DNA of 4,042 nucleotides from a virus (Duplodnaviria; Heunggongvirae; Uroviricota; Caudoviricetes): IMG/VR virus record IMGVR_UViG_2541047498_000022, positions 1 to 4,042 of that record; one strand, 5' to 3'. Shown piece by piece: positions 1 to 4,042 of this stretch (position 1 is its first letter; each line of letters starts with the position of its first letter). The notes under the pieces were generated by a model. It saw only the letters and a program-made list of their open reading frames with translations, ran no database searches and was not told where the DNA came from. The position numbers and the translations under genes were made by a program.

Positions 1-227
1 GCCTGTCCGGACGGCTGGCAATAAAAATTATTGCAGAACCACCGGATAAGCGCCGCCGTGACCTGGACAACATTCTGAAAGCACCGCTGGATGCGCTGAC
101 GCATGCGGAAGTGCTCATTGATGACGAGCAGTTTGATGAAATCAATATTGTGCGCGGTCAGCCTGTGCCAGGTGGACGGCTGGGCGTGAAGATTTACGAA
201 ATCAGAGGTGGTAACGATGGCGCGTGA
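1..227 (+). CDS. rusA: RusA-family Holliday junction resolvase, 3' portion (5' end lies outside the window; codon phase starts at position 3)
   Basis: Frame 3 is open from the window edge to TGA at 225-227 and translates as ...[62 protein letters not shown]. The RRDLDN acidic cluster followed by a downstream DD pair is the RusA-type catalytic signature as I recall it. RusA directly upstream of Q is the usual lambdoid gene order. Confidence 0.8.
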   Translation, partial: LSGRLAIKIIAEPPDKRRRDLDNILKAPLDALTHAEVLIDDEQFDEINIVRGQPVPGGRLGVKIYEIRGGNDGA

Positions 228-588
228 TATCCAGATGGTTCTTGAGCGATGGGGGGCATGGGCAGCAAATAATCATGAAGATGTAACATGGCCCTCGATA
301 GCTGCTGGTTTTAAAGGATTAATCCCGACTAAAGTGAAATCACGTCCTAAGTGTTCTGATGATGACGCCATGATAATTTGTGGTTGTATGGCACGATTAA
401 ACAAGAATAATCAGTATTTGCACGATTTGTTGGTGGATTATTACGTAGGTGGAATGACATTTATGGCTCTTGCACGTAAGCATAGATGTTCTGATGGGCT
501 TATTGGTAAAAGGCTTTATAAAGCGGAAGGTATTATTGAAGGAATGCTTATGGCTCTGAATGTCCGGTTAGATATGGATATGCGGTAG
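217..588 (+). CDS. Late-gene antitermination protein Q, phage 82/21 / DLP12 QuuD-like type
   Basis: The ORF track gives 208-588 from a GTG. I prefer the in-frame ATG at 217, which follows a GAGGTGG Shine-Dalgarno (205-211) and gives [25 protein letters not shown]... The product closely resembles, from memory, the QuuD/phage-82 Q family (shared stretches such as [22 protein letters not shown] and [14 protein letters not shown]). The start overlaps the rusA stop (217-227), suggesting translational coupling. Stop TAG at 586-588. Confidence 0.85.
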   Translation: MARDIQMVLERWGAWAANNHEDVTWPSIAAGFKGLIPTKVKSRPKCSDDDAMIICGCMARLNKNNQYLHDLLVDYYVGGMTFMALARKHRCSDGLIGKRLYKAEGIIEGMLMALNVRLDMDMR

Positions 589-640
589 GGATATATAGTG
601 ATGAGGGTTATGTTTTCTGTGTTTATAATTAACATGTTTA
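589..640 (+). promoter_or_regulatory. Candidate Q-proximal late promoter (PR'-like); perfect TATAAT at 624-629, weak -35
   Basis: In lambdoid phages the Q-modified late promoter sits immediately 3' of Q. A consensus -10 hexamer TATAAT lies at 624-629, but no good -35 is found 16-18 bp upstream (GTGATG/GATGAG at about 598-605). No convincing tR'-like terminator lies between here and the next gene. Confidence 0.25.
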
Positions 641-679
641 TTTTTTGATGGTCATGTATTGTGGAAGGTAGATAAAATG

Positions 680-708
680 TTGCCTGGTGAATTGAAAATA
701 TTGATAAT
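680..708 (+). promoter_or_regulatory. Candidate sigma70 promoter for the protease gene: TTGCCT - 17 bp - GATAAT
   Basis: -35-like TTGCCT at 680-685, a 17-bp spacer, and -10-like GATAAT at 703-708. The predicted start is about 715, just upstream of the AAGGAG Shine-Dalgarno at 729-734. Pattern match only. Confidence 0.3.
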
Positions 709-739
709 CAATCTTCATCATTAAATAAAAGGAGTGCTT

Positions 740-1558
740 ATGTGGATTGTGTTAGTACTGTCACTGTCAACTCTCAGTTGGCATAAGGTAGTGGCTTTTT
801 CATTGTTGACGGTGTCTGTTGTCCTGGCTGTGCTTAATGATATTATTGATTGGTCGGTGTTATTTTTTGTTGCTACAATCGTTTTTTTTATTATTTTGAA
901 GTTCAACTGGAAATATAACGCCTGGGCTAAATCTATATATGAAGTTGGCATAGTTTTATCAGCCATAGCATTATTTTTCCATCTATGGCCAGGGTTTCAC
1001 AATCCTGTAGTGCTAAATTCTGTTACTGTTGGCCCTCAAAGTACTCCCTATACAATGTATTTTAATTTTGATAAAGCGCTGGTGCCATTTTTGTTAGTCC
1101 TGTGTACATCTTCTTTGTTTAAAAAAGAAGTAAAATCAGAAGTGTCTTTGTGGAAGTGGGGGGCTCTGTCGCTCTCTGTTCCTCTTATCCTGTTTTTGGC
1201 TGTTTTTTTTGGTGGATTAAAGCCAGAGATTCATTTTCCTGAGTGGTTGCCAGAGTTTATATTGGCTAATTTGTTTTTTGTGTCTCTGGCAGAGGAATCA
1301 TTATTTAGAGGGTATATTCAATCACGGCTATCAGAAGTAACGTCTCCATTGGTTGCATTAATTGTGGCGGCTTTGTTGTTTGGTTTTTATCACTATTCAG
1401 GTGGTGCTTTACTTGTATTATTTGCCACGTTATCTGGTGTTGTGTATGGATTGTCATGGATGTGGAGTGGGCGTTTGTGGGTTGCCACCCTTTTCCATTT
1501 TGGTTTGAATCTGTGTCACTTGTTATTCTTTACCTATCCATTTTTAAAACATAATTGA
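740..1558 (+). CDS. CPBP-family (CAAX protease / Abi, PF02517-like) glutamic-type intramembrane metalloprotease; polytopic membrane protein
   Basis: The ORF track gives 734-1558 from a GTG. The ATG at 740 has an AAGGAG Shine-Dalgarno 5 nt upstream and is the likelier start. The product is very hydrophobic with multiple predicted TM segments. It carries the three CPBP signature motifs in the canonical order: EExxxR (AEESLFRG, nt 1292-1309), FxxxH (FGFYH, nt 1379-1393) and HxxxN (HFGLN, nt 1496-1510). The gene looks markedly more AT-rich by eye than its neighbours. Stop TGA at 1556-1558. Confidence 0.85.
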   Translation: MWIVLVLSLSTLSWHKVVAFSLLTVSVVLAVLNDIIDWSVLFFVATIVFFIILKFNWKYNAWAKSIYEVGIVLSAIALFFHLWPGFHNPVVLNSVTVGPQSTPYTMYFNFDKALVPFLLVLCTSSLFKKEVKSEVSLWKWGALSLSVPLILFLAVFFGGLKPEIHFPEWLPEFILANLFFVSLAEESLFRGYIQSRLSEVTSPLVALIVAALLFGFYHYSGGALLVLFATLSGVVYGLSWMWSGRLWVATLFHFGLNLCHLLFFTYPFLKHN

Positions 1559-1699
1559 TTTTTTCTATGGTTTTAAATTTATAAGACTGAAAAATAGCAG
1601 GACGTGACATTTGCATGAAAAATATGCACGGCAAAGCATTTACGTACGTAAAAAATCAGGTATGCTGTTAAGAGTGGTTATTTCGCCGCATAGCTTGAC

Positions 1700-1721
1700 C
1701 CCGCCTCTGAGCGGGTTTTTT
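1700..1721 (+). terminator. Putative intrinsic terminator downstream of the protease gene
   Basis: GC stem CCCGC (1700-1704) / GCGGG (1711-1715) with loop CTCTGA, followed by TTTTTT (1716-1721). Confidence 0.5.
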
Positions 1722-1844
1722 GTGCCCGCAAAGTAGCGCAGTGCGTTAAATGTGCTGGTAGTTATTAATACAGGTCTTTCAGCTTGCTGGCTTTTTCGAC
1801 AAGAGTTATTGGTGTGTCACGTTAACCGGAAAGGGTAAAAAGAC

Positions 1845-2207
1845 ATGCTGAAACAGCAGGATATGACAGAAACCGCCAGAGTTGTGTTTGATGAATTAAG
1901 CGTCACCGAACCGGCGACGGTCGGGGAGATTGCGCAGAATACGTACCTTTCACGCGAGCGCTGCCAGTTAATACTGACCCAGCTGGTTATGCGGGTCTGG
2001 CAGACTATCAGTTCGGTTGTTACAGACGCCTTCAGTCCTGAAGGCTTTTTTATTTGTGGTAAATGGGCGGCTGGTGGGTGTAAGGGGCACCCACCAGCCA
2101 TCTGCTCATGCGTTGGGTTCACAAGCAAACCTCAGGCCCACTGCTTTGCGCAAAAGCAGAATGAGCCTATCAGAGACAGGCTTAATGATCCATGCTTAAT
2201 ACTGTAA
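1845..2207 (+). CDS. Hypothetical small protein, possible N-terminal helix-turn-helix; 3' extent doubtful
   Basis: ATG at 1845 with an AAGGG Shine-Dalgarno-like motif 9 nt upstream. The N-terminal ~60 aa (…TVGEIAQNTYLSRERCQLILTQLVMR…) look like a helix-turn-helix fold. The same frame reads through a canonical intrinsic terminator (2028-2055) and a 12-bp perfect inverted repeat (2069-2099) before stopping at 2205-2207, 16 nt inside the methyltransferase ORF. The Cys-rich C-terminal half may be non-coding read-through. Confidence 0.35.
   Translation: MLKQQDMTETARVVFDELSVTEPATVGEIAQNTYLSRERCQLILTQLVMRVWQTISSVVTDAFSPEGFFICGKWAAGGCKGHPPAICSCVGFTSKPQAHCFAQKQNEPIRDRLNDPCLIL
2028..2055 (+). terminator. 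Canonical rho-independent terminator (GCCTTCA-GTCC-TGAAGGC + TTTTTTATTT)
   Basis: 7-bp perfect stem at 2028-2034 / 2039-2045 with a 4-nt loop, immediately followed by a T6 run (2046-2051) and ATTT. It lies inside the annotated small ORF. Confidence 0.55.
2069..2099. repeat. 12-bp perfect inverted repeat (GGCTGGTGGGTG / CACCCACCAGCC, 7-nt spacer) with a Chi octamer in each arm
   Basis: Read directly: the left arm 2069-2080 is the exact reverse complement of the right arm 2088-2099. GCTGGTGG (Chi) is at 2070-2077 on + and its complement CCACCAGC at 2091-2098. There is no T-run after it, so it is not a terminator. Confidence 0.9.
2141..2159. promoter_or_regulatory. Near-perfect palindrome CTGCTTTGCGCAAAAGCAG about 35 bp upstream of the methyltransferase start; candidate operator
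   Basis: CTGCTTT (2141-2147) and AAAGCAG (2153-2159) are reverse complements around a GCGCA centre; the core TTTGCGCAAA is itself palindromic, with one extra A. Position and symmetry suggest a dimeric DNA-binding site. Confidence 0.35.
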
Positions 2208-3250
2208 AAATATCCAGTTGTGAGTTAATCAACGCCGACTGCCTGGAATTTATGCGGTCGTTACCCGAAAATTCTGTTGACCTGATAGTCACGGACCCGC
2301 CGTACTTCAAAGTGAAACCCGAGGGCTGGGATAACCAGTGGGCGGGTGATGAAGATTACCTGAAGTGGCTGGACCAGTGTCTTGCGCAGTTCTGGCGGGT
2401 GCTGAAACCTGCCGGAAGTCTTTACCTGTTCTGTGGCCATCGTCTGGCATCTGACACCGAAATCATGATGCGTGAGCGGTTTAACGTGCTGAACCATATC
2501 ATCTGGGCAAAGCCGTCCGGACGCTGGAACGGGTGCAACAAGGAAAGCCTGCGGGCGTATTTCCCCGCCACAGAGCGCATTCTGTTCGCAGAGCATTATC
2601 AGGGGCCGTATCGTCCGAAAGATGCCGGGTATGAGGCGAAGGGTAGGACACTGAAACAGCATGTGATGGCCCCGCTGATTGCTTACTTTCGTGATGCGCG
2701 CGCTGTCCTGGGGATAACGGCAAAACAGATTGCAGATGCCACAGGAAAGAAAAACATGGTGTCGCACTGGTTCAGTGCCGGTCAGTGGCAGCTGCCGAAC
2801 GAAAGCGATTATCTGAAATTACAGGCACTGTTTGCCCGGGTGGCAGAAGAGAAGCATCAGCGGGGTGAACTGGAAAAGCCCCACCACCAGCTGGTGGATA
2901 CGTATGCCTCTCTGAACCGACAGTATGCGGAGCTGCAGAGTGAATATAAGCATCTGCGGCGGTATTTCGGTGTGACGGTGCAGGTGCCGTACACCGATGT
3001 GTGGACGTATAAACCGGTGCAGTACTATCCAGGGAAACATCCGTGCGAAAAACCGGCAGAAATGTTGCAGCAGATAATCAGCGCAAGCAGTCGTCCGGGA
3101 GACCTGGTTGCAGATTTCTTCATGGGGTCGGGGTCGACAGTGAAAGCAGCGATGGCGCTGGGACGTCGTGCAACTGGCGTTGAACTGGAGACTGAACGTT
3201 TTGAGCAGACGGTGCGGGAAGTACAGGATTTAATCATTCGTAACGGATGA
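2192..3250 (+). CDS. DNA methyltransferase, beta-class amino-MTase (motif IV DPPY before motif I FxGxG), probably N6-adenine-specific; no restriction partner in the window
   Basis: 352-aa ORF. The N-terminus has the typical catalytic block ...SVDLIVTDPPY (DPPY at nt 2294-2305). The AdoMet-binding motif DFFMGSGST is near the C-terminus (nt ~3113-3139). That order (IV then I) defines the beta class; DPPY rather than SPPY favours adenine. A long ~270-aa insert between the motifs presumably holds the target-recognition region. No endonuclease ORF is adjacent. The start is ATG 2192, with a weak Shine-Dalgarno AGG at 2178-2180. Confidence 0.85.
   Translation: MLNTVKISSCELINADCLEFMRSLPENSVDLIVTDPPYFKVKPEGWDNQWAGDEDYLKWLDQCLAQFWRVLKPAGSLYLFCGHRLASDTEIMMRERFNVLNHIIWAKPSGRWNGCNKESLRAYFPATERILFAEHYQGPYRPKDAGYEAKGRTLKQHVMAPLIAYFRDARAVLGITAKQIADATGKKNMVSHWFSAGQWQLPNESDYLKLQALFARVAEEKHQRGELEKPHHQLVDTYASLNRQYAELQSEYKHLRRYFGVTVQVPYTDVWTYKPVQYYPGKHPCEKPAEMLQQIISASSRPGDLVADFFMGSGSTVKAAMALGRRATGVELETERFEQTVREVQDLIIRNG
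2884..2897. repeat. 14-bp perfect palindrome CCACCAGCTGGTGG inside the methyltransferase CDS; overlapping Chi octamers on both strands
   Basis: Read directly: CCACCAGC (2884-2891) overlaps GCTGGTGG (2890-2897). It encodes His-His-Gln-Leu-Val-Asp in the methyltransferase frame and contains a CAGCTG core. Confidence 0.9.
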
Positions 3251-3290
3251 GATTGCGGAGTTAATCATGCGTCGTTATTATTCAGCAATC

Positions 3291-3366
3291 GGCCCTTTAG
3301 CTCAGCGGTGAGAGCGAGCGACTCATAATCGCCAGGTCGCTGGTTCAAATCCAGCAAGGGCCACCA
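3291..3366 (+). tRNA. tRNA-Ile2 (anticodon CAU, lysidine type; software would call it tRNA-Met CAT), ileX/ileZ-like
   Basis: Manual cloverleaf: acceptor GGCCCTT / AAGGGCC, D-stem GCTC / GAGC, anticodon loop CTCATAA (CAT at 3324-3326), T-arm GCTGG-TTCAAAT-CCAGC, discriminator A and encoded CCA (3364-3366). Very close, from memory, to E. coli ileX (tRNA-Ile2). Stx-type phages carry an ileZ at this position. Confidence 0.85.
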
Positions 3367-3373
3367 TCACATA

Positions 3374-3450
3374 CCGCCATTAGCTCATCAGGAAAGAGCG
3401 CCAGCTTTCGAAGCTGGTTGCGCGGAGTTCGGGTCCCCGAAGGCGGTCCA
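3374..3450 (+). tRNA. tRNA-Arg-like, anticodon UCG (reads CGA/CGG); non-canonical T-arm, possibly a low-scoring or pseudo-tRNA
   Basis: Manual cloverleaf: acceptor CCGCCAT / AAGGCGG with one A·A mismatch at 6:67, D-stem GCTC / GAGC, a perfect anticodon stem CCAGC / GCTGG, and loop TTTCGAA (anticodon TCG at 3408-3410, with U33 and A37). The T-stem CGGAG / CCCCG has an A·C mismatch and the T-loop is TTCGGGT (G where A58 is normally conserved). Discriminator T plus encoded CCA (3448-3450). Confidence 0.6.
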
Positions 3451-3463
3451 TTATCTGTATCCT

Positions 3464-3540
3464 GCGTTGTTAGCTCAGCCGGACAGAGCAATTGCCTTCT
3501 AAGCAATCGGTCACTGGTTCGAATCCAGTACAACGCGCCA
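3464..3540 (+). tRNA. tRNA-Arg, anticodon UCU (reads AGA/AGG), argO-like
   Basis: Manual cloverleaf with every stem perfect: acceptor GCGTTGT / ACAACGC, D-arm GCTC-AGCCGGACA-GAGC, anticodon stem ATTGC / GCAAT with loop CTTCTAA (TCT at 3498-3500), T-arm ACTGG-TTCGAAT-CCAGT, discriminator G plus encoded CCA (3538-3540). Confidence 0.85.
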
Positions 3541-3554
3541 CACTTATTTTCCCT

Positions 3555-3580
3555 GGCTCGCTTTTGCGGGCCTTTTTTTT
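3555..3580 (+). terminator. Intrinsic terminator after the tRNA cluster
   Basis: Stem GGCTCGC (3555-3561) / GCGGGCC (3566-3572) with one G·U pair, loop TTTT, followed by T8 (3573-3580). Confidence 0.65.
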
Positions 3581-3777
3581 AAATGTCTCACAATTCAGGC
3601 GGTTGACTGTTGTCTGGTTTGCGGGGAGTTTGTTAAAAGAAACTGGCATGGTGAATCCCCCTGTGCGGAGGGGCAATCAGCGAGTAGGTATATGGGATAA
3701 TCGCGGATTCAGGTGCTGGTACTGAATTCACCGGGAGGCACCCGGCACCATGCAATGGCACATAGCGCCACTCTCCA

Positions 3778-3803
3778 GCCCCTCTCCGGAGGGGCTTTCT
3801 TAT
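3778..3803 (+). terminator. Putative intrinsic terminator, + strand
   Basis: 7-bp perfect GC-rich stem GCCCCTC (3778-3784) / GAGGGGC (3789-3795), loop TCCG, followed by a T-rich tract TTTCTTAT. Confidence 0.4.
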
Positions 3804-3807
3804 GGAC

Positions 3808-3836
3808 AAAAAAAGCCCGCGCAGGGAGACGCGGGC
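3808..3836 (-). terminator. Putative intrinsic terminator, minus strand (convergent with the one at 3778-3803)
   Basis: Stem GCCCGCG (3815-3821) / CGCGGGC (3830-3836) with an 8-nt loop, preceded on + by A7 (3808-3814), which is a U-run after the hairpin for a leftward transcript. Confidence 0.4.
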
Positions 3837-4029
3837 GGCAAGGAATAAACAACAAAACGTGAAGTAATATTTCAGCTGGCGAATAATATCCGACAGTAAT
3901 CACTCTGCGCAATAGCGCGGCCTTTTTCGTATTGCGGGCTGTTGTCTCTCTTCTGCCATTGTCCTGTAACTTCCGGACTTCAGCCCGCTCCTCATTTTAC
4001 TCACAATATTATCCCGGCCGGGAGGATTC

Positions 4030-4042
4030 ATGGCATTTAAAC
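4030..4042 (+). CDS. Possible start of a downstream gene (M-A-F-K...), cut off by the window edge
   Basis: ATG at 4030-4032 preceded by GGAGGA (4021-4026). Only 4 codons are visible, so the product cannot be assigned. Confidence 0.2.

Noticed and set aside
208-216. GTG starts proposed by the ORF track for Q (208) and for the protease (734)
   Set aside because: In each case an in-frame ATG a few codons downstream (217 and 740) has a properly spaced Shine-Dalgarno (GAGGTGG, AAGGAG). The GTG codons are probably just the upstream limit of the open frame.
631-648. AACATGTT palindrome followed by TATTTTTT as a possible tR' terminator
   Set aside because: The stem is only 4 bp and entirely A/T-rich, too weak to call an intrinsic terminator.
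721-966. Minus-strand 81-aa ORF overlapping the 5' end of the protease gene
   Set aside because: It is antisense to the strongly supported membrane-protein frame; the product is low-complexity with no start signals. Most likely an AT-rich shadow ORF.
1817-2199. Alternative ORFs in the small-ORF region (1817-2128 minus strand, 2017-2199 plus strand)
   Set aside because: No convincing ribosome-binding sites, and they cross the same terminator and inverted-repeat structures. If anything codes here, the 1845 frame with its HTH-like N-terminus is the only plausible one.
2261-3237. Minus-strand ORFs inside the methyltransferase gene (2261-2767, 2499-2723, 2819-3040, 3025-3237)
   Set aside because: They are antisense to a well-supported CDS with clear catalytic motifs, have no recognisable domains or ribosome-binding sites, and look like typical shadow ORFs of GC-rich coding sequence.
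3345-3725. ORFs overlapping the tRNA cluster on both strands (3345-3533 -, 3470-3676 -, 3492-3725 +)
   Set aside because: They run through three tRNA genes with good cloverleaf structures and a terminator. The tRNA interpretation explains the sequence far better.
3709-3912. Minus-strand 67-aa ORF across the convergent terminators, and a ~33-codon + strand ORF from the ATG at 3749
   Set aside because: Both read straight through GC-rich terminator hairpins and have weak or absent Shine-Dalgarno sequences. The region is better explained as non-coding.
3541-4042. Shiga toxin (stxAB) or lysis genes immediately after the tRNA cassette
   Set aside because: The Q-tRNA arrangement prompted a search, but no ORF of suitable size or signal-peptide-like start is present. 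Only a possible gene start appears at 4030, so any cargo or lysis gene lies beyond the window.
1-4042. CRISPR arrays, insertion-sequence ends or integrase/att sites
   Set aside because: No spaced direct repeats, terminal inverted repeats flanking a transposase-sized ORF, or recombinase ORFs were seen. The only strong repeats are the short palindromes reported above.

Overview
This window reads as the late-regulatory region of a lambdoid prophage from an E. coli-like enterobacterium, all on the + strand. It runs from the 3' end of a RusA-family Holliday-junction resolvase gene (1-227) into a phage 82/21-type Q antiterminator gene (217-588) that overlaps it. Next is an AT-rich gene for a CPBP/Abi-family intramembrane protease with all three catalytic motifs intact (740-1558), then a small ORF with an HTH-like N-terminus (1845-2207) that contains a textbook intrinsic terminator and a 12-bp perfect inverted repeat. 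A beta-class DNA adenine methyltransferase with no restriction partner in the window follows (2192-3250), then three tRNAs (Ile2-CAU, Arg-UCG, Arg-UCU; 3291-3540) and a hairpin-rich non-coding region (3541-4029). This is the accessory ('moron') slot between Q and the lysis genes where Stx phages carry stx; no toxin gene is present here. The most interesting candidates are the protease as a possible exclusion/abortive-infection or immunity gene, the HTH-ORF/palindrome/methyltransferase unit, two palindromic inverted Chi (GCTGGTGG) pairs, and a non-canonical tRNA-Arg(UCG). All calls come from reading the sequence and motif recognition; no database search or folding was run.
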